Assembly (NCBI GenBank): GCA_963771275.1 | Contig: CAVYSW010000005.1 | Span: forward strand, 32,001 to 96,000 | DNA from: an uncultured Gemmatimonadales bacterium | GTDB lineage: Bacteria; Gemmatimonadota; Gemmatimonadetes; Gemmatimonadales; GWC2-71-9 | Length of the DNA stretch: 64,000 bases | Direction: 5' to 3' | Shown here: in pieces, positions 52,539-61,617 of the stretch | Position numbering within the stretch: the stretch's first letter is position 1 | Layout: each line of letters opens with the position of its first letter | Position numbers and translations under genes: made by a program | The notes under the pieces: model-generated | What the model saw: the letters and a program-made list of their open reading frames with translations, nothing else | Told to the model about the DNA's origin: nothing | Database searches by the model: none

Positions 52539-53771
52539 ATGGTCCTCAACATCATCTGGGTCGCGTTCTTTCTGATCGCCCTGATCGTGGGACTGGTGCG
52601 GCTGATCTTCCTCCACGACACCGAGATCTTCACGACCATGGTCAACAGCACGTTCGACATGGCCAAGACCGCGTTCGAGATCTCGCTCGGGCTGACGGGC
52701 GTGCTCACGCTGTGGCTGGGACTGATGCGGGTCGGCGAGCAGGGCGGGGCGGTGGATGTGCTGGCGAAGCTGGTGCGGCCGTTCTTCCGCCGGCTGTTCC
52801 CGGAGGTCCCCCCGGATCACCCCGCGCACGGGTCCATCATCATGAACTTCGCCGCCAACATGCTCGGCCTCGACAACGCGGCGACCCCGCTCGGTCTCAA
52901 GGCCATGCAGGAGCTGCAGGAGCTGAATCCCGACAAGGACACCGCTTCGAACGCTCAGATCATGTTTCTCGTCCTCAATACGTCGGGCCTCACGCTCATT
53001 CCCATCAGTATCATGGTCTACCGCGCCCAACTCGGCGCCGCCAATCCGTCCGACGTCTTTCTCCCCATTCTGTTGGCCACGTTCTTCTCGACGATGGCCG
53101 GGCTGATCGCGGTCGCCGTGGTCCAGCGCATCAACCTGTTCGACCGGGTGCTGCTGGCCTATCTCCTCGGCGTGACGGGCCTTGTCGCCGCGATCATCCT
53201 CTTCTTCTCCCGGCTTCCCGAGGAGCGCATTCAGACGATCTCGAATGTCGTCGCCAACGTGGTGCTGTTCGGCGTCATCGCCGCCTTCATCACGATGGCC
53301 ATGCTGCGCCGGGTGAACGTCTACGAGGCGTTCATCGAAGGCGCCAAGGAGGGGTTCAGCGTCGTCATCAAGATCATCCCCTATCTCGTGGCCATCCTCG
53401 TGGCCATCGGCGTGTTCCGCGCCTCGGGGGCGATGGACTACCTGGTCGCGGGGATCGGCAGGGCGGTTGCCGCGCTCGGCATCAACGCGGACTTCGTCGC
53501 GGCGCTCCCCACGGCCCTGATGAAGCCGCTGAGCGGGAGCGGGGCGCGGGGCATGATGGTCGACACGATGAAGACGTACGGGGCGGATTCGTTCGCCGGC
53601 CGGCTGGCGTCGACGTTCCAGGGGGCCAGCGACACGACGTTCTACATCATCGCGCTGTATTTCGGGTCGGTCTCGGTACGCAAGACCCGGCATGCCGTGA
53701 CCTGCGGCTTGATCGCGGACCTCGCCGGCGTCGTCGCCGCCATTTTCATCGCGTACCTGTTCTTCCACTGA
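52539..53771 (+). CDS. Nucleoside-recognition (Gate) domain membrane protein, SpmA-SpmB fusion
   Basis: ANMLGLDNAATPLGLKAM, VYEAFIEGAKEG, MKPLSGSGA, DTTFYIIALYFGSV. Confidence 0.88.
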   Translation: MVLNIIWVAFFLIALIVGLVRLIFLHDTEIFTTMVNSTFDMAKTAFEISLGLTGVLTLWLGLMRVGEQGGAVDVLAKLVRPFFRRLFPEVPPDHPAHGSIIMNFAANMLGLDNAATPLGLKAMQELQELNPDKDTASNAQIMFLVLNTSGLTLIPISIMVYRAQLGAANPSDVFLPILLATFFSTMAGLIAVAVVQRINLFDRVLLAYLLGVTGLVAAIILFFSRLPEERIQTISNVVANVVLFGVIAAFITMAMLRRVNVYEAFIEGAKEGFSVVIKIIPYLVAILVAIGVFRASGAMDYLVAGIGRAVAALGINADFVAALPTALMKPLSGSGARGMMVDTMKTYGADSFAGRLASTFQGASDTTFYIIALYFGSVSVRKTRHAVTCGLIADLAGVVAAIFIAYLFFH

Positions 53772-53859
53772 GCGCACGCACGCCGAACGCGAGCGACGGG
53801 ACAAGGGCTCTGCCGCCCGGCTGCCCGTCTTCGCGTCCTGAGCAGGCGCGGCGCCGGTC

Positions 53860-53892
53860 TTGACGAACCGTGTACTAAGTAGTACATACTAC
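53860..53892 (+). promoter_or_regulatory. Promoter with two overlapping palindromic operators upstream of the XRE gene
   Basis: TTGACG at 53860, TGTACTA-AG-TAGTACA (53871-53886) and GTAGTA-CA-TACTAC (53879-53892). No RBS before the ATG at 53897. Confidence 0.7.
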
Positions 53893-53896
53893 ACAC

Positions 53897-54253
53897 ATGC
53901 CGAAAGGGTTCGGAGACTTCGTCCGGAAGCGCCGCGAGGCGCTACGCCAGCGGGATGAGCGCTTCTCGGTCCGCCAGGTCGCGCAGCGGATCGGGGTCGA
54001 GCCCTCGTTCCTCAGCAAGGTCGAGCGGGGCGACGTCCCGCCGCCCTCGGAGGCCAAGGTGGTCGCCCTGGCGCGGGAGCTGGGAGAGGATCCGGACGTG
54101 CTGCTGGCCCTGGCCGGTAAGGTGTCGTCCGACCTCCAGGCGGCGATTCGCAAGCGCCCCGAGCTGTTCGGCTCGCTGCTCAGAGAGTTGCAGGACATGC
54201 CGGATCACGCCGTGCTGCGGCTCGTGCGCGAGGTGCGGGACGGGAAGTGGTAG
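53897..54253 (+). CDS. XRE-family HTH transcriptional regulator
   Basis: FGDFVRKRRE...SVRQVAQRIGVEPSFLSKVERG..PPPSE. Confidence 0.9.
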   Translation: MPKGFGDFVRKRREALRQRDERFSVRQVAQRIGVEPSFLSKVERGDVPPPSEAKVVALARELGEDPDVLLALAGKVSSDLQAAIRKRPELFGSLLRELQDMPDHAVLRLVREVRDGKW

Positions 54254-54269
54254 CCCGAGGAGGCACACC

Positions 54270-55268
54270 ATGATCGAGCTCAAGAACGACCAGCTGGTCT
54301 TCCGCTTCGCGGACGTGCACCCGGACGCACGCCTCACAATCGAGTTCCAGCGCACCCTCCGCATTCCGGACGACGACCGCACGTACCCGCTGCCCCCCGG
54401 ACTCGGCCGGTTCCCGATCCGGCACGTGGACGACTGCGCCGCGAACGTGCCCGAGCCCTGGATCGAGCACGGCGGCGTGATGCTGCCGATGTATCAGTCG
54501 GAAGCCCTCTGGGTGAACTTCCGCAGCCGCTATCCGTTCGCGGTGCGGGTCGCGACCGGGAAGATCGACGCCGTAACCGGCAAGTCGCTCCGTCCGGGAC
54601 TCGGCCGCGACCCGCAGAACTACCTCGCGATCCCCGAGCAGCCATGGCTCGACGGCTACTGCGTCAAGCGGGGCGAGATCCGCCAGTTCGTCGCCATGCC
54701 GCTCGGCGCGGGCTACAGCGCTGAGGAGCAGATCACCGGCGCGGCCGAATACGGCGGGCTCCAGCTCGTCGCGTTCCCGATGAAGGCGAAGATGTATGAG
54801 CGGCTGCGACGGGACACAGCGGGGGTGGTGCTCGGCCGCGGCGAGTTCACCAAGGTGTTCGCGATGGCCGCGCCGGGGATGGGGCTCGCTCCCGGCGGCC
54901 GCATGCGCCAGGAGATCTTCGACGACCCGCACCACCTCGAGGACTGGGATCAGGACCACTCGAGCCGCTGCTTCGTGCACCTGGCGAACTCCTTCCTGTG
55001 GCGGCAGATCACCGGCGAGGTCCCGCCAACCGTTCCACCGACGTCCAGGGAGTATGCCAAGGCGGGGCTGCCGTGGTTCGAGTACTACGACGACCAGCTG
55101 GAAGCCGTGGGCGGGTCGGGCATCCTCGAGAAGCTCAAGAGCGTGATGGCGATGGGACTGGAGAAGGGGGGCATGCCGCTCCCCGAGAACGCGCCGGTGG
55201 ACGCGACGCCGATCGTGGTGCTTCGCAAAGGGCTGGCGCAGGGGCAGGTGCGCGAGGGGACGTTCTAG
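54270..55268 (+). CDS. Conserved hypothetical protein
   Basis: GAGGAGG RBS. FQRTLRIPDD...LPPGLG.FP, PMYQSEALW.NF, QPWLDG, RQFVAMPLG.GYS.E.Q.TG, MGLAPGG...QEI..D, Y..AGLPWF. Confidence 0.8.
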   Translation: MIELKNDQLVFRFADVHPDARLTIEFQRTLRIPDDDRTYPLPPGLGRFPIRHVDDCAANVPEPWIEHGGVMLPMYQSEALWVNFRSRYPFAVRVATGKIDAVTGKSLRPGLGRDPQNYLAIPEQPWLDGYCVKRGEIRQFVAMPLGAGYSAEEQITGAAEYGGLQLVAFPMKAKMYERLRRDTAGVVLGRGEFTKVFAMAAPGMGLAPGGRMRQEIFDDPHHLEDWDQDHSSRCFVHLANSFLWRQITGEVPPTVPPTSREYAKAGLPWFEYYDDQLEAVGGSGILEKLKSVMAMGLEKGGMPLPENAPVDATPIVVLRKGLAQGQVREGTF

Positions 55269-55397
55269 CCGCGCCCATCCTCTGGCGGCGACACACGGGA
55301 CGAGTATATCCATGACCGTCCCGCGTTCCGTCGAGCCCGGCACGTGCCGCGGCGCCGGTGCGCACTTGCCGTCGGAATCTCGCCGGAGGGGTTCCCC

Positions 55398-56369
55398 ATG
55401 ACGCAGCGCCACCTCACGCGGATCCCGGTCGTGCTTGTCGGGATGCTCGTTGTTGCTCCACCACTCATGGGGCAGGCTCCCACCAAGCTCGAGCAGATCC
55501 CGATCTTCGCGGGGGCCAGCCGCCAGGCCGGCCGCGAGGCCGAGGAAACGTCGCCCACGGAGGCGCCGGGCATGTACGGCGATCGAGCCTTGACGTCGAG
55601 CACGGTGCGCGTGTACCGCGTGGCGGCGGCGCTGGAAGAGGTCGCGCGGTTCTACCAGCAGCGCCTCGCCGCGCGCGAGATCCCGCCCGACGCCGATTGG
55701 GACCAGGTCGACCCGGAGAACGTCGCCGCCGGTCGGGTGTCCCCGGTGTTGTGCGCGTTCGAGCCGGTCGACATGAGTGGCGCGGATGACCCGGCGGCGC
55801 TCCGTGCCGCGTACGCCAAGGCGCGCCAGCCGTTCCGCGCCGGCCGGTGGCTTGCCGGCGCGGATTGCCGGTGGACGAGCCGCGAGTCGGCGAGCGACCA
55901 CACCGAGCTCAGCGTCGAGCTCCAGGACACTGAGGCGTTCGAGATCACCACGCCCGAGTACCACCACGAGACCGAGATCATCATCCGAGTGCGGATGTGG
56001 GGCGCCCCCGGCGCGGTGGCGGAGGAAGAGGAGCCGCAGGCCGTCCCGCCGATGGCGGCCCCCACCGAGGCACAGCTCGGCGTGCCACTCTACCCGGGCG
56101 CGCGGTTCGACGGCACGATCTCGGCAGGCATGTCGGCTGCTGACGAAGAGGGTGTCTACTACGTGTTTGCCTCGGCGGATCCGGTGGCGAAGGTGGCGGC
56201 GTTCTACGAGCAGCGCACCGGCAGGAAGGGCACGGCGACCGAGGCGGGTGTGCTGATCGTGGTCCAGGGCGAGGGGCTGTTCCCCGACCTCGGCGTTACG
56301 ATCCAGCCCAACGTGGGGACGTTCCCGGCCCCGGCGCAGAGCATGATCACGGTGCGCCGGCGGCGGTAG
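55398..56369 (+). CDS. Secreted hypothetical protein
   Basis: GGAGG RBS, signal peptide, internal duplication (IPIFAGA...EEVARFYQQRL / VPLYPGA...AKVAAFYEQRT). Confidence 0.7.
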   Translation: MTQRHLTRIPVVLVGMLVVAPPLMGQAPTKLEQIPIFAGASRQAGREAEETSPTEAPGMYGDRALTSSTVRVYRVAAALEEVARFYQQRLAAREIPPDADWDQVDPENVAAGRVSPVLCAFEPVDMSGADDPAALRAAYAKARQPFRAGRWLAGADCRWTSRESASDHTELSVELQDTEAFEITTPEYHHETEIIIRVRMWGAPGAVAEEEEPQAVPPMAAPTEAQLGVPLYPGARFDGTISAGMSAADEEGVYYVFASADPVAKVAAFYEQRTGRKGTATEAGVLIVVQGEGLFPDLGVTIQPNVGTFPAPAQSMITVRRRR

Positions 56370-56384
56370 ACGCTGCCATCCGGC

Positions 56385-57701
56385 ATGACCACACCGATTC
56401 CACCCACCGCCGAGGCGGGGCTGGTGCGCGCCCTGGGCGTGCGCCAGATGGCCGCCGCCATCTTCAACTACACCGTGGCGAGCGGCATCTTCGCGCTCCC
56501 GGCGCTGGCCTACGGGCGGCTCGGCGCCGCCGCGCCGCTCGGGTACCTGGCCACCGTGGTGGTGATGGCGCTGGTCGTCCTGTGCATCGCCGCGGCGGGA
56601 AGCCGCGTCGCGATCACCGGCGGGCCGTACGCCTACGTCGAGGTGGCGCTCGGGTCGTTCGTCGGGCTGCTGGCCGGCGCGCTGCTCTGGGCCACGGACA
56701 TCGCCGCCACCGCCGCGGTCGCCAACCTGTTCGCGGGTTCGGTGGTCGCGCTGTCCGGCGGCACGGGCTCGGCCGTCGCGGTGTCGACTCTGATCGTGGC
56801 GATCTTCCTGGCACTGGCCTGGCTCAACGTGCGCGGTGTGCGCACCGGTGCGCGCGTGATCGAGCTTGCGACGGTGGCGAAGCTCGTCCCGCTGCTGCTG
56901 TTCGTTGCGGTGGGCGCGTTCTTCGTGCACCCCGCGCACTTCCGGCTCGACCGCGCCGTGAGCGTGGGGGACGTGTCGCGCACGGTGGGCGTCCTGGTGT
57001 TCGCCTTCGCCGGCATCGAGGCGGCGCTCACGCCGAGCGGTGAGATCCGCAATCCGGCGCGCACCGTGCCGCGCGCCGCGCTGCTCGCGCTGGGCGGGGC
57101 GGCGCTGCTCTACCTGCTGGTGCAGGGGGTGGCGCAGGGCGTGCTCGGGCCGCAGCTCGCCGCGGATCGCGTCACCCCGCTCGCGACGGCGGCGGGTGCG
57201 TTCGCGGGCACCACCGGCCGCACGGTGATCCTGGTGGGCGCCGCCATCTCGATGTTCGGCTATCTCACCGGCGCGATCCTGGCCGCCCCCCGCACGATGT
57301 TCGCCTTCGGGCGGGACGGGTTCCTGCCGCGCGCCCTCGCGGCCGTCCATCCGCGGTTCCACACGCCGCACGTCGCGATCATCGCCTACACCGTGCTGGC
57401 CACCGCGCTGGCGCTGAGCGGCACGTTCGAGCAGCTCGCGATTCTCGCCAACTCCACGGTCCTGCTCCTCTACTTCCTGTGCGCCATCGCGGCGGCGGTG
57501 CTGCAGCGCCGCGACCTGCGCGCGGGCGGCGAGCCGTTTCGGCTCCCGGCGGGCGTGCTGCTCCCCGTGCTCGCCTGCCTGGCGGTCGCGTGGATCTTCG
57601 CGCGCACGGTCTCGGCGCGCGAGCTGCTGGCGGTCGCGATCGTGATCGCCGTGGTCGCGATCGCGTGGGGGATCCGCGCGCGGCGCGGCGCGCCGCGCTA
57701 A
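56385..57701 (+). CDS. APC family amino acid permease
   Basis: LVRALG, SGIFALP, GGPYAYV, FAFAGIE, E.RNP.RTVPRA, DGFLP..LA.VHPRFHTP. Confidence 0.9.
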   Translation: MTTPIPPTAEAGLVRALGVRQMAAAIFNYTVASGIFALPALAYGRLGAAAPLGYLATVVVMALVVLCIAAAGSRVAITGGPYAYVEVALGSFVGLLAGALLWATDIAATAAVANLFAGSVVALSGGTGSAVAVSTLIVAIFLALAWLNVRGVRTGARVIELATVAKLVPLLLFVAVGAFFVHPAHFRLDRAVSVGDVSRTVGVLVFAFAGIEAALTPSGEIRNPARTVPRAALLALGGAALLYLLVQGVAQGVLGPQLAADRVTPLATAAGAFAGTTGRTVILVGAAISMFGYLTGAILAAPRTMFAFGRDGFLPRALAAVHPRFHTPHVAIIAYTVLATALALSGTFEQLAILANSTVLLLYFLCAIAAAVLQRRDLRAGGEPFRLPAGVLLPVLACLAVAWIFARTVSARELLAVAIVIAVVAIAWGIRARRGAPR

Positions 57702-59203
57702 CGACTTGCCTTGGCCGCGTCCACGATCGCCTTGACCTCGCGCAGCAGCTGCGGCCCGCTGTACGGGATCCCGTCCTTGATCACCCACTCCACGCCGTTG
57801 GTCCGCGTCTCCTTGCCGTCCTTGAGGGCAGAGGTCCCGCCGGCGTAGAGGACCTTGAGGTCCTCGAGCGGGTTGCCGTCCACCACGATGACGTCGGCGA
57901 GCCAGCCTGCCCGCACCCGACCCAAGTGGTCCTCCTGGCCGAGGATCCTGGCGCCGTTCCCGGTGCAGTGCTCGATGACCTTGAGCGGGTTGAACCCTGC
58001 CTCGGCGTGCAGCTCCATCTCACGGATCAGCCCGTAGCCGTACATCTGGTAGATGAACCCGGCGTCATCGCCGCAGCCGATCGTGCCGCCTTTCCGCTCG
58101 AACTCGCGCAGCGCCGCTTCCCAGAGGCGGTAGTTCTCCTGCCAGTACACTTCGTCGGTCGTGCTCCAGCCGATGAAGTACGACCCGTGGTTCGCCGGGT
58201 CGGGCCGGAAATACCATTCGAGCGACGGGTGCAGGTAGTCCTTGAACCAGGGCTGGTTCTGCGCCCGCTGGAGATCGCGGCTCGCTTCGTAGATGTCCAG
58301 CGTCGGCACCCACGCGACGTTGGCACGCACCATCGCCGTGAGCACGGAGTCGAGCAGCGTGGGATCGGCTTCGCGCCACAGCCGGCCCGCCCAGCGGAAC
58401 CGGTCGGTCTCGTTCAGGTAGTTGTAGCCGCTCGGGAAGTGCTGCCGGCCGTCGGGGATTGCCGCGTCGGGAATGCCGTACCAGTGCTCGATGCTCGTGG
58501 TCCCGAAGGTGATGTCGTCCCAGGCGTTGGTCTCCTCGACGCCCACGTGGTGCGCCACGCGCAGCCCGAGCTTGTGCGCCTCGTCCTCGGCGGCGGCCAT
58601 CACGTCGCGCTCCACGCCGAGCAGCTTCACCCCGTCGGCGCCGATCTCCTTGAAGTGCCGCACCCGCGCCCGCGCCTCGGCCGCATTGCGCGGTGCCGGG
58701 CTCTGGGTCAGCATCGGGTAGGCGAACAATCGCGGCGCCACGATCTTCCCGGCGGCGCTCTCGTCCCGCAGGCGCACGATCCCGGTGTCGGACTCGGGGC
58801 CCACCTCGCGCACCGTCGTGATGCCGTTGGCGAGCCACAGCTTGAGCACGTACTCGTAGCCGCCGAGCGGGTGGCCCGAGCGCTGGCTCTGCAGGTGGGC
58901 GTGCGCGTTGATCAGGCCCGGGAGGACGTACTTCCCGGTCGCGTCGATTGCGACGTCACCCGCCGGCCGCCTGGCGCCGCCGCGCTGCAGGGCCACGGCG
59001 TCGAGCGGCACCACGGCGGTGATCGTGTTGCCCTCGATCACGATGTCGAGCGGGCCGCGTGCCGGCGTGCCGTTGCCGTCCACGACCGTGGCATTGCGGA
59101 TCACGAGGCGCTGCGGCCGGACGCCGTGCTGCACACCGCGCGTCTGGGCGGCGAGGGGGGTGGCGACGAGCGTGGCGAGGAACGCGAGCGTGTGCGGACG
59201 CAT
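57698..59203 (-). CDS. Secreted amidohydrolase family protein
   Basis: IDATGKYVLPGLINAHAH, GITTVRE, SIEH, GRVRAGWLADVIVVDGNPL. Confidence 0.88.
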   Translation of the reverse strand: MRPHTLAFLATLVATPLAAQTRGVQHGVRPQRLVIRNATVVDGNGTPARGPLDIVIEGNTITAVVPLDAVALQRGGARRPAGDVAIDATGKYVLPGLINAHAHLQSQRSGHPLGGYEYVLKLWLANGITTVREVGPESDTGIVRLRDESAAGKIVAPRLFAYPMLTQSPAPRNAAEARARVRHFKEIGADGVKLLGVERDVMAAAEDEAHKLGLRVAHHVGVEETNAWDDITFGTTSIEHWYGIPDAAIPDGRQHFPSGYNYLNETDRFRWAGRLWREADPTLLDSVLTAMVRANVAWVPTLDIYEASRDLQRAQNQPWFKDYLHPSLEWYFRPDPANHGSYFIGWSTTDEVYWQENYRLWEAALREFERKGGTIGCGDDAGFIYQMYGYGLIREMELHAEAGFNPLKVIEHCTGNGARILGQEDHLGRVRAGWLADVIVVDGNPLEDLKVLYAGGTSALKDGKETRTNGVEWVIKDGIPYSGPQLLREVKAIVDAAKASR

Positions 59204-59286
59204 TGGGGAATCCCGGAGAAAGGCGCCGTATGGTATCGCCCGCAGGCTGGCCGCGCCAGCGTGGGGCGGTCGCCCCCGTGCCGGAT

Positions 59287-61413
59287 CTAGGGTGTGCGGG
59301 AACCGGTGGGTCGGCCGCCTTCGCACGACGCGGTGATCGCCTGCTCCAGGGGAGCGCCGGCCGCGAGCCGCGCGGGTGGCAGAGCCGCGAGCAGGGTCTC
59401 GCGCGTCGCGCGGCAGCGGGCCGGTTCGCCGCCCTCGAACTCGGCCTGCGTCAGCGCGAGGAACGCAGGTCCGTACATCAGCCCCATCTGGCGTGAGACA
59501 TCGTCGAGCCGCACCGCTGTGTCGGCGTAGCCGCGGTAGACGTAGGTCTCCATCACATTGGTGCGCAGCGTCGCGGCGTCCACCGGCGGGTCGGCGATCG
59601 GCACGACGCGCCAGAACAGGCCGTCCAGCCGGCGATACGGCGCCAGCCACGTGAGACTCTGCGGCGCAACGCTCACGGCGAAGCAGAGTGGCCGTCGCCA
59701 GGCGTTGTCCTCGAGCATCCGCAGCACCACTAGATCCTGCCGTAGCACATACTGCCCTGCGACCGTGGGCGTGGCGTGGACCACGATCGCATCGGGGATC
59801 GGGACGTCGCGGGGGAGCCCAAGCTCGTCGGGCGTGCCGCGCACGGGCAGGGTGAGGGTCGTGTCGGTCCAGGCGCGCGTTGCCAGGTCGCGGCGCTCCG
59901 CGGGGGTGAGGGACAGCGGGAACGACGCATCGCGGCCGACGATCTGGTCGACGTACCAGCCGGTGTTGGTCAAGGGCAGGTTCACGACCTGCACGTCAGG
60001 ACGTACGCCCTCCACGGCCTGCACGTACCACAGCGGAAACGTGTCGTTGTCCCCATTGGTGAAGAGGATGGCGTGCGGCGGCAGTCCGCGCAGCGCGTTG
60101 GTGGCGTAGTCCTCGGTGAACCAGCGGTCGGACGCGTCGATCGCTCTCCAGTTGTGCACCAGCTGCGCCGCGGGCACCAGCGCCAGCAGCGCCCCCGCCG
60201 GCGCGGCGACCAGCCACCCCCGGCCCCGCGACCGCCCCCAGACCCACAGGGCGCGCAGCACCTCGCCCAGCCCGTATGCGATGAAGACGGCGAACGTCAC
60301 GAAGATCGGCAGGTAGTGGCGGGTGAACGGGCGGAAGAAGTTCGCCGGAATGTTGAAGTACAGGACGGTCAGGGTTGCCTGGATGCACAGCAGCAGCACG
60401 AACGCAAGCGCCAGGCGCCGGTTGCGCAGCCAGAGCAGGACGATCCCCACCAGGCCGAGCAGTGCGGGCAGCATGCCCAGTGCGCCCCCGCTTCCCTTCA
60501 GCCAGAGGAAGTTCCCCCCGAAGGCGCGGAGGAGATCCATCACCTGCACCGACCACAGCGGCGCGTTGCGCGGGAAGAAGTGGACCAGCCAGCCGCCACC
60601 TAACTGCGCGAGCGAGACGTAGTCGTAGAACCGCGACCAGTTGCTGGGGTCGCCCATGTTCAGCAGCGGGCCCGAGGCGGACAGCGGGATGATCAGCAAC
60701 GCGAGCGCGAGGCCGACGACCATTCCGGTCATGCCTCCGATCCACGCTCGCGCCGACCGGAGGGTACGCGGGTGGCGCAGCACGATCCAGACGCACAGGC
60801 CCGGCAGCAGCAGCAGGTTGGTGCGGTGCACGCTGAAATCCAGCCCGAACAGCAGTCCCAGGACCGCGAGCCGCTGCCACGCGTCGCCCCGCTCCGCGTC
60901 CTCCCACCAGCGCAGCATTGTCCAGAGGATCATGCCGGTGAAGACCGGCGTCAGCACGTACGGCGTGAACTGCACGGCGTACTGCCAGAGGGTCTCCGCG
61001 CCGGCGAAGGTCAGGCCGCCGAGTACGGCCCCCACGATGGCCGTACCCACCGCGCTGTCGGGAAGGCCGCCGCGCTCCCGGCCGAACCGCAGCAGACGGA
61101 GCGCGATCAGGTAGACGAGTCCGGCGCAGAGCGCCGCCAGCGCGCCGGCGAGCAGATTCAGCACGTGGGCCGGTGACGGGCCCAGCGGAAGCCGGGTGAT
61201 TGCCCAGCCCAGGGATGTGAGGACGAGGGAGCCCGGAGGCCCGGTGATCCCCCGCGAGACGGCGGCCAGCGAGTACTGGCTGGAGTCCCACCAGGTGATC
61301 GTGGGATACGCTGTGAGCCAGTAGATGATTCCGGCGATCACGGCGACCACGGTAAAGCCGGTGGCCCGGCCGCGGACCTGGTCGGACGGTGTGGCTGGAA
61401 GCGTCGGCGGCAT
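59287..61413 (-). CDS. DUF2723 (TMEM260-like, GT-C fold) membrane glycosyltransferase candidate
   Basis: YWLTAYPTITWWDS, GPPG, about 11 TM segments, ILFTNGDNDTFPLWY.Q.VEGVRPDV.VVNL. Confidence 0.8.
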   Translation of the reverse strand: MPPTLPATPSDQVRGRATGFTVVAVIAGIIYWLTAYPTITWWDSSQYSLAAVSRGITGPPGSLVLTSLGWAITRLPLGPSPAHVLNLLAGALAALCAGLVYLIALRLLRFGRERGGLPDSAVGTAIVGAVLGGLTFAGAETLWQYAVQFTPYVLTPVFTGMILWTMLRWWEDAERGDAWQRLAVLGLLFGLDFSVHRTNLLLLPGLCVWIVLRHPRTLRSARAWIGGMTGMVVGLALALLIIPLSASGPLLNMGDPSNWSRFYDYVSLAQLGGGWLVHFFPRNAPLWSVQVMDLLRAFGGNFLWLKGSGGALGMLPALLGLVGIVLLWLRNRRLALAFVLLLCIQATLTVLYFNIPANFFRPFTRHYLPIFVTFAVFIAYGLGEVLRALWVWGRSRGRGWLVAAPAGALLALVPAAQLVHNWRAIDASDRWFTEDYATNALRGLPPHAILFTNGDNDTFPLWYVQAVEGVRPDVQVVNLPLTNTGWYVDQIVGRDASFPLSLTPAERRDLATRAWTDTTLTLPVRGTPDELGLPRDVPIPDAIVVHATPTVAGQYVLRQDLVVLRMLEDNAWRRPLCFAVSVAPQSLTWLAPYRRLDGLFWRVVPIADPPVDAATLRTNVMETYVYRGYADTAVRLDDVSRQMGLMYGPAFLALTQAEFEGGEPARCRATRETLLAALPPARLAAGAPLEQAITASCEGGRPTGSRTP

Positions 61414-61617
61414 CGGCCCTCCGTGCGCTCGCGGTCGCTGGAGGATCACCCGCCAGGATAGTGGGGCACGGAACCGCCGTCAACCGCCTGCCGGCGGCTG
61501 CACTTCCTTGTCGAGCGGCGCACCGGCGGGTAGGATCGTGTGGGTGTCCCGCCTGTCGCGGGCACGCTCGATCGCTGTTCGCTCACGGCCCGTCCATCCC
61601 CTCGTGCCGAGGCAATC

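Noticed and set aside
54180..57788. 1202-aa minus-strand ORF and similar long antisense ORFs (e.g. 47744-50977, 28951-31635)
   Set aside because: They lie antisense to well-supported genes and have no motifs. Such ORFs are expected from stop-codon scarcity at high GC.
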